64,000 bases of DNA from Candidatus Kapaibacteriota bacterium (GTDB taxonomy: Bacteria > Bacteroidota > Ignavibacteria > OLB7): the NCBI GenBank assembly GCA_048594725.1, contig JBMDXA010000080.1, positions 1,430-65,429 of the forward strand, written 5' to 3'. Of this stretch, positions 46,947-57,772 are shown piece after piece (position 1 is the first letter of the stretch; the number at the start of each line of letters is the position of its first letter). The notes beneath the pieces are model-generated. The model saw only the letters and a program-made list of their open reading frames with translations, did not search any database and was not told the origin of the DNA. Made by a program: the position numbers and the translations under genes.

Positions 46947-47978
46947 TCACTCCACCGTCATCACCTTGCTCTGCCGGAACTGTCCGGAGCCGTTCTCCAC
47001 GGTGAGCTGGAAGAGATAATTTCCCGAAGGCACGCGCGCACCGGCGGCCGTGCCGTTCCACTCCATGCTGTGCTCCCCCGATTCCAGGCGGCCGTCGAAC
47101 AGGCGGAGCATTTCCCTGCCGCTCATATCGTAGATCACCAGTTCCGCTCGGGATGCCTGAAGCAGCGAGAAGCCCACCCGGGTTCCCTTTCTGAACGGGT
47201 TCGGGACGTTCTGCCGGAGCACGAACTGCCCGCCGGTCTCCGGCTCCAGCGTGACGAGTCCCGCCACCGGCGCCGCAAGACCGATCGTAAGGGAGCCATC
47301 GTAGCCGCCGGTGCCGGCGTTGGGAGCTATCGCCAGCATCTCGTACTGGAGGCTCCCGGCCGGCGAACTGAAGACCATATCGGCCGCATTGTTCGGCACC
47401 GACCTGTTCTGCCCATGCCCCGCATACAGCGGCGTGTTGTATACCTCGGTGTTGAGGCTGTCCGGAAAGGCCATCTGCGAGGTGGCCTTCAGCACGGAGC
47501 CCATGAACACCTGAAAATGAATATGGGTGATGCGGCCGCTGTACCAGCCGGGATAGATCGTATGGAACTTCACCTGCCCGCTGGCATCGGTCATCTGAAT
47601 CCCCCGCATGAACGTCTGCCCCACGGTATTGGCCCCCGGCTGCGAGTAGCCGGAATAGACGCCGTCCTTGTCGCAGTGCCAGATATCGAACCTCGCGTTG
47701 GAGACCGGTTTGCAGTTGTCGTTGATGTTCACCACCGTCAGCGTCAGGTCCAGCGGGATGCCGGTGCGCCCCTCGGTGATATCCTGCCGGAATATCGCGG
47801 CAGTGCCGCTGAGATCGAGCGAGTATGGTCCCTCGGTCTCCTGCGGGATCAGCACGCAATCCACCCCCTGGGGAATGGCGGCATTCTCCCCCTGTTCCTT
47901 TGCCTTCAACGCCCCCGCCGGCACCATCGCGCCGATACCGAGCGCTCCTACCGCTTTCAACAGACTACGCCTTTTCAT
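46947..47978 (-). CDS. Intradiol ring-cleavage dioxygenase-like protein with Tat-like leader and T9SS C-terminal domain
   Basis: ETEGPY, DIWHCD..GVYSGY, RGIQ.TD..G, TIYPGWYSGRITHIH; QNVPNPF...IYDMSGRE...SGNYLF. Confidence 0.9.
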   Translation of the reverse strand: MKRRSLLKAVGALGIGAMVPAGALKAKEQGENAAIPQGVDCVLIPQETEGPYSLDLSGTAAIFRQDITEGRTGIPLDLTLTVVNINDNCKPVSNARFDIWHCDKDGVYSGYSQPGANTVGQTFMRGIQMTDASGQVKFHTIYPGWYSGRITHIHFQVFMGSVLKATSQMAFPDSLNTEVYNTPLYAGHGQNRSVPNNAADMVFSSPAGSLQYEMLAIAPNAGTGGYDGSLTIGLAAPVAGLVTLEPETGGQFVLRQNVPNPFRKGTRVGFSLLQASRAELVIYDMSGREMLRLFDGRLESGEHSMEWNGTAAGARVPSGNYLFQLTVENGSGQFRQSKVMTVE

Positions 47979-48380
47979 ATGTGCTCTATACTGCTATGAT
48001 GAATAAGATTCCGGTTGATGGGTGGAGAGAGGGACCATCGGCCGGGCCGGATACGTTGAGCCATCGTTGTACGGATGCGAGCCGGATAGGGATGAGCTCC
48101 GTTGATCGCTCGCTCCCCTCTTTCTGTAGATCCCGCCGGACCTCACCAGGTAACGCCATACCGTTTCCATTCTTGTATGGTCCCCTCCCGAATGTACCGC
48201 TCTTATACAGGCGGCAGCGATCATCGGTGAGGGGAGCGCACGATAAACGCCACGCTCTGCGCAGGATTATTTCATCGTTATTGCGCGAACTTTTTCCGGC
48301 GGATCGCCGTTCTTGTTTCAACGTAAAGGTATAGGGTATTTTTATAACATTCCTTACAATGCCGGTTCAGTCCGATTGCC

Positions 48381-48388
48381 TACTTTTG
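48381..48388 (+). promoter_or_regulatory. Bacteroidota-type -7 promoter element
   Basis: TACTTTTG matches TAnnTTTG, about 110 bp upstream of the MATE gene. Confidence 0.4.
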
Positions 48389-48498
48389 CCCCCCGAAAAA
48401 TCTCTCCCGGGGGTTTTCCCGGAGAGATGAATGCGGTTCCCCCGCCGCATGACCGCGCCAGGCGGCTATTATCATGTACGAAGACAGGATCAGAAATT

Positions 48499-49923
48499 AT
48501 GGAACGGTTGGAACCGACGAAAACCGCAGCGGCGGAGCCGGAATCGGTGTGGGGAACGATCATGGAGGCGATTCGCGGCTCCGAACGTGACTACACCGAA
48601 GGGCGAGTGGACAAGGCCATCTTCTTCCTCTCCATTCCGATGGTGCTGGAGATGCTCATGGAGAGCATCTTCGCGGTGGCGGATGTCTTCTTCGTGGCAA
48701 AGCTCGGCGCCGATGCGGTGGCCGTGGTGGGGCTCACCGAATCGATGCTCACGCTGGTCTATGCCATCGCCATGGGGATCGGTATCGGCGCCACGGCCAC
48801 GGTGGCACGGCGTATCGGCGAGGGGGACCGCGACGGCGCGGCCCGCGCGGCGGTGCAGTCGATAGGGCTGGGAGTGGTGCTCTCGGTAGCGATGGGAATT
48901 GCGGGAGTGGCGCTGGCCCCCCGCCTGCTGGAGCTGATGGGGGGCTCGCCGGGAGTGGTGGCCGCCGGCACGCCGTTCATGCAGGTGATGCTGGGAGGGA
49001 ACATTTCCATCCTGCTCCTGTTTCTGGTCAACGCCATCTTCCGTGGCGCCGGCGACGCGGTGATCGCCATGCGGGTGCTGGTGCTTGCCAACGCCATCAA
49101 TATCATTCTCGGTCCCTGCCTCATCTTCGGCGTGGGACCGTTCCCGGAGATGGGGGTTACCGGCGCGGCCGTGGCAACCACCATCGGGCGCTCGGTGGGA
49201 GCGCTGTTCGCGCTATCGCTCCTGTTCCGTCCGGGATCGCGCGTCACCATCGGCCGCCAGCATCTGCGGTTCGATCCCGATCTGCTGAAACGGATCGCGC
49301 GGCTCTCGGCCTCCGGCGCGTTTCAGGTGTTTATCGGCATGGCGAGCTGGGTGGGCCTGGTTCGCATCATCTCGGATTTCGGCAGCAGCGCGCTGGCCGG
49401 CTACACCATCGCCATGCGCGTGGTGATGTTCGCGCTTCTCCCCTCGTTCGGGATGAGCAACGCCGCCGCCACGATGGTGGGACAGGCGCTGGGCGCCGGC
49501 AAGCCGGAACGCGCCGAGCAGTCGGTGTGGCGGGCAGGATTGTACAACCTGATCTTCCTGGGCACCACCGGCGTCGCGTTCGTTCTGTTCGCCGAGCCGG
49601 TGATCCGGATCTTCGCGGCCGATCCGGAGGTGATCGCCTACGGCGTGGACGCGCTCCGGATCGTCGCCTGCGGCTTCCTCTTCTACGCCTACGGCATGGT
49701 CTTCACGCAGTCGTTCAACGGCGCCGGCGATACCTTCACCCCGACGATCATCAACCTGGTGATCTTCTGGTTCTGGGAGATACCGCTGGCGTACCTGCTG
49801 GCGGTCACCTTCAAGATGGGGCCGCATGGCGTGTTCCTGGCTATCACCATCGCCTTCTCCACGCTGGCGGTGGTCAGCGGCATCGCGTTCCGGCGCGGCA
49901 AGTGGAAGGAACGGACGGTGTAG
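48499..49923 (+). CDS. MATE family efflux transporter
   Basis: SIPMVLEM.MES.FAV.D, FRGAGD, NIILGP.LIFG..PFPEMGV.GAA.AT, about 12 TM helices. Confidence 0.93.
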   Translation: MERLEPTKTAAAEPESVWGTIMEAIRGSERDYTEGRVDKAIFFLSIPMVLEMLMESIFAVADVFFVAKLGADAVAVVGLTESMLTLVYAIAMGIGIGATATVARRIGEGDRDGAARAAVQSIGLGVVLSVAMGIAGVALAPRLLELMGGSPGVVAAGTPFMQVMLGGNISILLLFLVNAIFRGAGDAVIAMRVLVLANAINIILGPCLIFGVGPFPEMGVTGAAVATTIGRSVGALFALSLLFRPGSRVTIGRQHLRFDPDLLKRIARLSASGAFQVFIGMASWVGLVRIISDFGSSALAGYTIAMRVVMFALLPSFGMSNAAATMVGQALGAGKPERAEQSVWRAGLYNLIFLGTTGVAFVLFAEPVIRIFAADPEVIAYGVDALRIVACGFLFYAYGMVFTQSFNGAGDTFTPTIINLVIFWFWEIPLAYLLAVTFKMGPHGVFLAITIAFSTLAVVSGIAFRRGKWKERTV

Positions 49924-50090
49924 GGATTGACGGGGAATTTTCGATTTTAGATTTTGGATTTTGGATTGGGGGAGGAGGTCCGCGATCAGTAGTCAGCGGA
50001 TTCCATAGACGCACCGCATGCATAACGCGGAGCGTTAGAGCGGACCATGCAATGCCTCCTCCCCCGTCAATCGTACATCGTCAATCGAAA

Positions 50091-50843
50091 ATGGACCTGA
50101 CCGACACGCTCCGGAACCTCGATCCCGCCAGCATGGCCGGCCTGCTGCTGGCGGAGAACGTCATCGTCTTCCTCCTGGCGGTGCTCCTCGGCCATCTGCT
50201 GGTGGCGATGTTCCGTCACCGGCCGGTAACGCATGCTCCGGAGAAGCTGGAATCGCTGGAGATCATCCTGACCGTCACCACGGTTCTGCTGAACACCGCT
50301 ACCACCCTGGCCGGCTGGTGGCTGTGGCGCGAGGGGATCATCCGGTTCCGGACCGATACCGGGCTCCGGGCATGGCTCGATGTTCTGGTGCTTCTGCTGG
50401 TGATGGATCTGGCGATGTACGTCCTTCACCGCATCGCCCATATAGGAGGTCTGTATCCGCTGCTTCATAAGACCCACCATCGCTACGACCGCCCCCGCCC
50501 GCTCACCCTGTTCGTGCTGAACCCCTTCGAGGCCATCAGCTTCGGGGCGCTCTGGCTGCTGTTCATCTGCGTCTACGATTCGTCGTGGCTGGGGATGTCC
50601 GTGTATCTGGCACTGAACGTGCTGTTCGGTGTGATAGGGCATCTCGGCGTGGAGCCGTTCCCGAAATCCTGGCGGAACCTGCCTCTGCTGAACTATGTTT
50701 CCACCAGCACCTTCCATGCGCAGCATCATGGGGACAAACGCTATAATTTCGGATTTTATACCCTGCTGTGGGATAAGCTGTTCGGCACCCTGTCGCCCCG
50801 TTATGCCGAGGACTTCGGGGAGATGCCGGCGAAGGAGCGATAA
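50091..50843 (+). CDS. Sterol desaturase / fatty acid hydroxylase family protein
   Basis: His boxes HRIAH, HKTHH, GH, HAQHH; NFGFYT..WDKLFGT. Confidence 0.9.
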   Translation: MDLTDTLRNLDPASMAGLLLAENVIVFLLAVLLGHLLVAMFRHRPVTHAPEKLESLEIILTVTTVLLNTATTLAGWWLWREGIIRFRTDTGLRAWLDVLVLLLVMDLAMYVLHRIAHIGGLYPLLHKTHHRYDRPRPLTLFVLNPFEAISFGALWLLFICVYDSSWLGMSVYLALNVLFGVIGHLGVEPFPKSWRNLPLLNYVSTSTFHAQHHGDKRYNFGFYTLLWDKLFGTLSPRYAEDFGEMPAKER

Positions 50844-51316
50844 TGGAGGAGCGATACACGGATCGGTTTGAAGCCCTGCAACAGCGGGCTGGAATCATCG
50901 CGCCGTGTCACCTTCTGCTTCACAGAGTATCCTCCACCTATCTGATCGTGGAGCCGAAGTCCATTCCGGACGATACACTCATCGTATCAAGCCCGGCCTA
51001 TCAGTTCTTCGATCGCGGATTGGTGGAACTGCTTCGCCGGCTCGGCGGGGATATACGGATCAACGAGAAGGCGGAACTGCTGGACAGAGCAGCAGGGAAA
51101 TCCTGGAACAATTTCGTCGGGATCGAGGTGGGAGCAATAGTCTCGTACCCGCAGATCCTCGCCCCGGACTACCAGCCCGGAATAATCAACGAGCTCGCTG
51201 AAACCGGAATGAAATTATTCTCCCGATCCGCACTCGATGCCATGCGGCGCGCGGGGATGCGATACTCGGAAGAGCCCTTGGACTATCTCACTCCATTTTT
51301 CGGCATCGGTGCCTGA
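50843..51316 (+). CDS. Hypothetical protein
   Basis: TAATG coupling with the upstream gene. Confidence 0.6.
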   Translation: MEERYTDRFEALQQRAGIIAPCHLLLHRVSSTYLIVEPKSIPDDTLIVSSPAYQFFDRGLVELLRRLGGDIRINEKAELLDRAAGKSWNNFVGIEVGAIVSYPQILAPDYQPGIINELAETGMKLFSRSALDAMRRAGMRYSEEPLDYLTPFFGIGA

Positions 51317-51464
51317 GATACAGTCCCCCCGCATCGCAACGGCCATGATCCGCTTCCGCGCGGACAACGCGTGATGATGGCGAGCCGGTGATTCTGCCGG
51401 GCACAACATTTGTGTCCCTGCGTGGATCGAACGGGGCTTCAGTTTTGCAACAGATTCCGAATCC

Positions 51465-54400
51465 ATGAATACGAACCGACCAGAGAACCAGCCGGTGTCA
51501 TCATCGTATAATTCCTCCGTGGACTTCCTTCTCGGCGGCGGCGAAATGGGAGCCCGCATGCGGGAGATGGATTGGTCGAAGACATCGCTCGGCCCTCCGG
51601 AATCGTGGCAGCAGAGCCTGAAGACCGCCGTGCGCATCATGCTCACCTCCCGGCAGGCGATGTTCGTCTGGTGGGGAAAGGATCTCATCAACCTCTACAA
51701 CGACGCCTACAAGTCGATCGTGGGAGGGAAACACCCGGAAGCGCTCGGGCAGCCGGCCACCCAGGTCTGGCGGGAGATCTGGGATCAGGTAGGCCCCAGG
51801 GCCGAGTCGGTGATGGTCAAGAACGAGGGCACCTACGACGAAGGGCTGCTCCTTATCATGGAGCGGAACGGATATCCGGAGGAGACCTATTACACCTTCT
51901 CCTACAGCCCCATCCCGAACGATCACGGCGGCACCGGGGGGATCATCTGCGCCAACTCCGAGGATACCGAGCGCATCATCGGCGAGCGCCAGCTTGCACT
52001 GCTGCGCGAGCTTGCCGCCAAAACCGCCGACGCACGCACGTTCGACCAGGCCTGCCGCCTGAGCGCCAGCTGCCTGCAGAGCAATCCCCACGACATCCCG
52101 TTCGCGATGATCTATCTGATCGATCCGGACCAGGGGCGCCTCCTCCTTGCCGGGACGTCCGGCATAGAGCCGGGGCACCCGGCCGCGCCGGAATCGGTGG
52201 CGTTCGGCGATAGCTCGGTCTGGCCGTTCATGGAGGTGATAGAAACTCATCGCACCAATCTGATCTCCGACTTGAGCGCAATAGCAGGCGAGCTTCCGGA
52301 GGGCCCCGCCGGGCGCCCCCCGCATCAGGCCGTCGCCGTTCCGATAGCCCCCTCCGGCCAGACCGGCAAGGCGGGCATCCTGATAGCGGGGTTGAACCCG
52401 TTCCGGCTCTTCGATGACAACTATAGCAGGTTCATCGATCTGACCGCCGCGCAGATAGCCGCCAGCATCGCCAATGCCCAGGCCTACGAGGAGGAACGCA
52501 CCCGCGCCGAGGCGCTGGCCGAGCTCGACCGCGCCAAGACCACCTTCTTCTCCAACGTCAGCCACGAGTTCAGAACGCCCCTCACCCTGATGCTCGGCCC
52601 GCTCGACGACGTTCTCTCCCACGCCGAAGACGATCTGAGCCAGGAGAACACGGAGCTGCTGAGCATTGTTCGCCGCAACGGCCAGCGGCTTCTGAAGCTT
52701 GTGAACACCCTGCTCGATTTCTCCCGCATCGAGGCCGGGCGCGTGCAGGCGGTCTACGAGCCGGTGGACCTGCCGGAGTACACCGCGGAGCTTGCAAGCG
52801 TCTTCCGGGCCGCCGTGGAAAAGGCGGGCATGCGGCTCATCATCGATGTGCACACCCTGCCTGAACCGGCCTTCGTGGACCGCGACATGTGGGAGAAGAT
52901 CGTCCTGAACCTTGTCTCCAACGCCTTCAAGTACACCCTGCAGGGGGAGATCCGGGTGAAGGTGCGGGCCGAGAACGGATCGGCCCTGCTGGTGGTGGAG
53001 GATACCGGAACCGGCATCCCGGAGACCGAGCTGCCGAACATCTTCAACCGGTTCCACCGCGTTGAAGGGGCGCGCGGCCGAACCCAGGAGGGCACCGGCA
53101 TCGGGCTTACGCTGGTGCAGGAACTGGTACGGATTCATGGAGGAACCACCCAGGTACAGAGCACCTACGGCGCCGGAAGCACCTTCACCGTCCGGATTCC
53201 GCTGGGCAGAAATCATCTCCCGGCCGACCGGATAGGAGGTACCCGCACGCTTGCCTCCACCGCCCTCGGCAGCAATCCGTTCGTGGAGGAGGCGCTGCGC
53301 TGGCTTCCGGATGAACGCTCCGGCGCGGAGAGCGCATTCGCACTTCCGGGCGGGGAATCCACCGCGATGCTCCATGCCCCCCAGTCCGGCGAGCCGGGCG
53401 CTACCGTGGTGCTTGCCGACGACAACGCCGATATGCGCGATTACGTGCAGCGGCTCCTCGCCTCCAACTATCAGGTGGTGCCCGTTGCCGACGGACAGGA
53501 GGCGCTCAGGGCCATCGCCGAACACCGGCCCGATCTGGTGGTCACCGATGTGATGATGCCCAACCTGGATGGGTTCGGGCTGCTCAAGGCCCTGCGGGAC
53601 GATCCCCGCACGGCGTCTCTGCCGGTTATCATGCTCTCGGCCAGAGCCGGTGAGGAGGCCCGTGTGGAGGGGCTGGAGGCCGGTGCCGATGATTATCTGA
53701 TCAAACCGTTCAGCGCGCGCGAACTGATGGCACGTGTCAGCGGTACCCTGGCGCTCTCCAGAGCCCGCCGCGATGCGATGCGGCGGGAGGAGGAACTGAA
53801 GGCCGAAACCACCAATGTGCTGGAGAGCATCACCGAGGGCTTCATCGCGCTGGACCGGGAGTTCCGGTTCACGTATGTGAACGCCGAGGCCGAAAAGATC
53901 TACGGTATGCGGCGGGAGGATCTGTATGGAAAAACCCAGTGGGAAGTCTTCCCCCGGTCTGTCGGCACCAGAATCGAAGAAGAGTTCCGGGGGGCCATGA
54001 ACGAACGGGCGCCCCACCGGTTCGAGAACTTCTACGAGCCGTGGGGACGATGGTTCGAGGTGGATTGCTACCCGGCGAAGGATGGTGGACTGGCGATCTA
54101 TTTCCGTGATATCACCGACCGGACGCTGGCGCTGAATGCGCTCAAGGAGGCCGACCGTCTGAAGGACGAGTTCCTGGCGACGCTCGCCCACGAGCTGCGC
54201 AATCCCCTGGCCCCGCTCCGCAGCGGCCTGGAACTGATGAACATGGCCGGCAACGACGATCCCAACATACAACAGGTGCGGGGGATGATGGAGCGGCAGT
54301 TGAAGCAGATGGTGCGCCTGATAGACGATCTGCTGGATGTGAGCCGTATCAGCCGCAACCGCCTGGAACTCCGGATGGAACGGGTGGAGCTGGCCGATGT

Positions 54401-55262
54401 GATACGCAATGCCGTGGAAACCAGCCGCCCCCTCATCGAGGCCGCCGGGCACCACTTCACCGTACATGTGCCGCTGGATGGCATAACCGTGGAGGCCGAT
54501 ATGACGCGGCTTGCACAGGTGTTCTCAAACCTGCTGAACAACGCCGCCAAGTATACCGAACATGGGGGGCGTATCCGGCTGGCCGTGGAGCAGCGGGACG
54601 GCCAGGCCGAGATCTCCATCAAGGATAACGGCATCGGCATCCCGCCATCGATGCTCCCGAAGGTCTTCGAGATGTTCACGCAGGTGGATCGATCGCTGGA
54701 GAAGGCGTACGGGGGACTGGGGATAGGGCTTACGCTGGTGAAACGGCTTACCGAGATGCATGGCGGAACCGTGGAGGCCCGCAGCGAGGGCTATGGCACC
54801 GGCAGCGAGTTCATCGTCCGCATCCCGGTGGTGCCGGCTCTGCCGCGCGCCGGCAACGGCACCGAACAGAACGCCCGGCCGGAGGCTGCGGCGGGATCGC
54901 GCATTCTGGTGGTGGACGATAACCAGGACTCCGCGCTCGCGATGGCGATGATGCTCAGACTGTTGCACAACGAGACCCGCATCGCCAACGACGGCGTGGC
55001 GGCGCTGGCGGCGGCAGAGGAGTTCCGCCCCGATGTGATTCTTCTGGATATCGGCATGCCCGGCATGAACGGCTACGATGTGGCGAAACGCATCCGCGAA
55101 GAGGAATGGGGCAGGGGGATATTTCTGATAGCGCTCACCGGATGGGGACAGGAGGAGGATCGCCGCCGCTCGCGCGAGGCCGGGTTCGATCATCATCTTC
55201 TGAAGCCGGTGGAGCCCACCGTCCTGAAAAAGCTTCTGGCCGATCACGCGGTCTCCGGGTAG
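51465..55262 (+). CDS. Hybrid sensor kinase (PAS-GAF-HK-REC-PAS-HK-REC)
   Basis: H-boxes FSNVSHEFRTPL and LATLAHELRNPL, two ATPase domains, receivers LADDNAD..TDVMMP and VVDDN..LDIGMP. Confidence 0.95.
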   Translation: MNTNRPENQPVSSSYNSSVDFLLGGGEMGARMREMDWSKTSLGPPESWQQSLKTAVRIMLTSRQAMFVWWGKDLINLYNDAYKSIVGGKHPEALGQPATQVWREIWDQVGPRAESVMVKNEGTYDEGLLLIMERNGYPEETYYTFSYSPIPNDHGGTGGIICANSEDTERIIGERQLALLRELAAKTADARTFDQACRLSASCLQSNPHDIPFAMIYLIDPDQGRLLLAGTSGIEPGHPAAPESVAFGDSSVWPFMEVIETHRTNLISDLSAIAGELPEGPAGRPPHQAVAVPIAPSGQTGKAGILIAGLNPFRLFDDNYSRFIDLTAAQIAASIANAQAYEEERTRAEALAELDRAKTTFFSNVSHEFRTPLTLMLGPLDDVLSHAEDDLSQENTELLSIVRRNGQRLLKLVNTLLDFSRIEAGRVQAVYEPVDLPEYTAELASVFRAAVEKAGMRLIIDVHTLPEPAFVDRDMWEKIVLNLVSNAFKYTLQGEIRVKVRAENGSALLVVEDTGTGIPETELPNIFNRFHRVEGARGRTQEGTGIGLTLVQELVRIHGGTTQVQSTYGAGSTFTVRIPLGRNHLPADRIGGTRTLASTALGSNPFVEEALRWLPDERSGAESAFALPGGESTAMLHAPQSGEPGATVVLADDNADMRDYVQRLLASNYQVVPVADGQEALRAIAEHRPDLVVTDVMMPNLDGFGLLKALRDDPRTASLPVIMLSARAGEEARVEGLEAGADDYLIKPFSARELMARVSGTLALSRARRDAMRREEELKAETTNVLESITEGFIALDREFRFTYVNAEAEKIYGMRREDLYGKTQWEVFPRSVGTRIEEEFRGAMNERAPHRFENFYEPWGRWFEVDCYPAKDGGLAIYFRDITDRTLALNALKEADRLKDEFLATLAHELRNPLAPLRSGLELMNMAGNDDPNIQQVRGMMERQLKQMVRLIDDLLDVSRISRNRLELRMERVELADVIRNAVETSRPLIEAAGHHFTVHVPLDGITVEADMTRLAQVFSNLLNNAAKYTEHGGRIRLAVEQRDGQAEISIKDNGIGIPPSMLPKVFEMFTQVDRSLEKAYGGLGIGLTLVKRLTEMHGGTVEARSEGYGTGSEFIVRIPVVPALPRAGNGTEQNARPEAAAGSRILVVDDNQDSALAMAMMLRLLHNETRIANDGVAALAAAEEFRPDVILLDIGMPGMNGYDVAKRIREEEWGRGIFLIALTGWGQEEDRRRSREAGFDHHLLKPVEPTVLKKLLADHAVSG

Positions 55263-55308
55263 GCGGTGCTCTCCCCCGCCTCTCTCTCATATCTAACTCC
55301 CCCTATCG

Positions 55309-55650
55309 ATGAACAGGCTTGTGATAGTGGTTTCGATGCTGATGGTATCGCTCGCTCTGGCCGCGCTTTCCGGCAGCCTGTACCAGCGTATGGGCTCCGA
55401 TCCGGTTCTGGTGGAGGGAACGGGGCCGGGCTTCGATACCGTCACGGTGGTGACCGGCGGCTGGCCGCTCCCCTATCTGGAGGATGGAACATCGGTCTCA
55501 CCGGTGGGGAGCGTGGGGTTCATGACCGGCATCACCGGAGAGGACCGGTTCAGCACCGGCGCATTTCTGGTGGACACGGCATTTTTCCTGGGGGCTTTCC
55601 TGGCGGCCTGGGGAATAATCCGCCTGCTCCGCCGCCGGGAACAGCGATAG
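55309..55650 (+). CDS. Hypothetical membrane protein
   Basis: N- and C-terminal hydrophobic helices, GGWPLPY motif. Confidence 0.65.
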   Translation: MNRLVIVVSMLMVSLALAALSGSLYQRMGSDPVLVEGTGPGFDTVTVVTGGWPLPYLEDGTSVSPVGSVGFMTGITGEDRFSTGAFLVDTAFFLGAFLAAWGIIRLLRRREQR

Positions 55651-55711
55651 CAGAATCATTCATCCCGTTTCTCTTCCAGCCTTCAAAAAACCCTGCTCCG
55701 TCCCATCCCAC

Positions 55712-55802
55712 AAATCGTCAATCGTAAATCCAAAATCGTCAATCGAGAATCGCCCCCTTTTCCCCAATCGAAAATCCAAAATCTAAAATCTAAAATTCCC
55801 CA
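55712..55802. repeat. Heptamer tract (AATCGTC/AATCGAA/AATCTAA)
   Basis: 7-bp periodic run; same family in reverse at 49936-49972 and 60686-60720. Confidence 0.75.
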
Positions 55803-56189
55803 ATGGATACACGTCTGGAACGGAACAAGAACAACGTGATGGAATTCTACGACATGATGTTCAATCAGTGCAGGCCGGCCGAGGCGATGGAGCGTTATGG
55901 AGGAGCCGAGTATATCCAGCATAATCCCGCCGTGGGAGACGGCAAGGAGGCGTTCATCGAATATTTTATCCGGATGGCCGCCGAATATCCCGGCAAGCAT
56001 GTGGAGTTCAAGCGCGCCATCGCAGAGGGAAATTTCGTGGTGCTGCACTGCTACCAGCAGTGGCCCGGTGATAGCGACTGGGCCGGCATCGATATCTTCC
56101 GCCTGAACGACGATGGAAAAATCCTGGAGCACTGGGATGTGTTGCAGGCCATCCCGGAGACCTCCGCCAACGACAACACCATGTTCTGA
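55803..56189 (+). CDS. SnoaL-like / NTF2 family protein
   Basis: NK..V..FY, YIQHNP.VGDG, IAEG.FV..H, DIFR....GKI.EHWDV.Q. Confidence 0.92.
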   Translation: MDTRLERNKNNVMEFYDMMFNQCRPAEAMERYGGAEYIQHNPAVGDGKEAFIEYFIRMAAEYPGKHVEFKRAIAEGNFVVLHCYQQWPGDSDWAGIDIFRLNDDGKILEHWDVLQAIPETSANDNTMF

Positions 56190-56281
56190 GCGGGCGGTGG
56201 CGTTCCGGCTCTCCGCCGGTAACAACCGGGAGGAATGGCGTGTAGTTCAATACACATCGGAATACTACCCGGAGAAATGCC

Positions 56282-56848
56282 ATGCCCTCCTACGGAAAAA
56301 TCTTTTCTATTCTTTTTGCCCTCCCTCTCCTGTGCGGCCTGCACGGATGCATGATATGGGATTCCATATCGGATGCCGAATATGAAGCGGCACGCGCCAG
56401 GAGGATGGAAGAGTACCGCATCCTCGACAGTGTGGCCGCCAACCGGGACGGCGCATTCGAGTATTTCCGGACGGCGTACGGTATCGGCAGCGGCGGCGGC
56501 AGAGGGTCGATCTCATTTCCAAAGGGAGCTGCCTTCCGCACCCTGCTGGCGCAGCCGGACGCCACGGAACTCTTCACCCGGCTCATCAGAGAGGGATCAC
56601 GCGCAGGCCAGATCTACGGCCTCGCCGGATTGCGTATGGTCGATACCGTTCTCTTCGCCCGCGAGCTCCCCGCCTTCCTGGCGAGCACCGATAGCGTGGA
56701 GTCGTCCATGGGTTGTTTCGCCTGGAAGCGCCCGGTGTCGCAGGTGGCGAAGAAGCCGGATGAGCCTCCACCCCCCGGCACATGGCAGGACCCCATCGGC
56801 GATGATATCTACAGCGGTTCGTTCCCTCGGAATGTGATAGAGAATTGA
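56282..56848 (+). CDS. Hypothetical lipoprotein, paralog 1
   Basis: LHGC lipobox; core shared with the next gene. Confidence 0.75.
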   Translation: MPSYGKIFSILFALPLLCGLHGCMIWDSISDAEYEAARARRMEEYRILDSVAANRDGAFEYFRTAYGIGSGGGRGSISFPKGAAFRTLLAQPDATELFTRLIREGSRAGQIYGLAGLRMVDTVLFARELPAFLASTDSVESSMGCFAWKRPVSQVAKKPDEPPPPGTWQDPIGDDIYSGSFPRNVIEN

Positions 56849-56993
56849 TGATAGGGATAATCCATGGCGGCCCAATATCGATCGCACCGATAATGGCATG
56901 TTCCAGAGCGGAGTTCAATTGAGTGAAGCTCATTCAGAACCGCAAGCATCGATAGCATTTACTACCATGGACTCCAGAACACATTATGATTCC

Positions 56994-57653
56994 ATGAACG
57001 TATACCGCTCACCGCTGGTTCTGCTCTTTCTTCTGCTCTGCGCTCTGCACGGATGTGTTGCCCCGGAACCTCCGCCCCCGCCGATCCCGGCCGCCGAAAG
57101 GAACCAGCAGCCCTGTCCGCATACGCCTCCCTATGATATCTCCGACAGCATGGCGGCCACGCGAAACGGCGCATTCGAATTCCTGCGCTGCACCCCTCTG
57201 TTCTCCGATGCGCTCGGCGGGATGATCTATCCCACGCGAGAGGCGATCGCCTTCCGCGCACTGGCACAACAGCCGGACGCCCCGGAGCTTTTCACCCGGC
57301 TCATCCGCGAAGGTGCCACGGCCGGCCAGCTCTACGGCCTTGCCGGACTGCGCTATACCGATACCGCCCTCTTCGCGCGCGCGCTTCCCGGATTCGCCGA
57401 ACGCATCGACAGCGTCTACCGGATGAGCGGCTGCATACGGTGGCTTGAGCCGGTGCACAGTGTGGTACGAGCCCAGGGAGGTATCCGGCTGGCTCCCGGA
57501 GAATCGCTCGCCGCATGGGAGTGGAAGCAGGCCGGCAGACGGAAGCCGGGCAATGCCTCTGTCCCTTCCGATATCTACGGTGGCGCCATACCGATGGAAC
57601 TGATGGGAAGAGACATGCAGCACGAACATGAGGATGGAAGCGGGAGGGAGTAA
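56994..57653 (+). CDS. Hypothetical lipoprotein, paralog 2
   Basis: LHGC lipobox; QPDA.ELFTRLIREG..AGQ.YGLAGLR shared with the previous gene. Confidence 0.75.
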   Translation: MNVYRSPLVLLFLLLCALHGCVAPEPPPPPIPAAERNQQPCPHTPPYDISDSMAATRNGAFEFLRCTPLFSDALGGMIYPTREAIAFRALAQQPDAPELFTRLIREGATAGQLYGLAGLRYTDTALFARALPGFAERIDSVYRMSGCIRWLEPVHSVVRAQGGIRLAPGESLAAWEWKQAGRRKPGNASVPSDIYGGAIPMELMGRDMQHEHEDGSGRE

Positions 57654-57772
57654 TCTCCTCCCTTTCCCTCCGTTCGATTATCTTGCAACGTTCGCAGGCG
57701 GCGGCCGGCTGACGGCACGCACGGGGGATGTTCATTCGTCTCTACAGTCTCTATTTCTCTATCTACGCTCGT

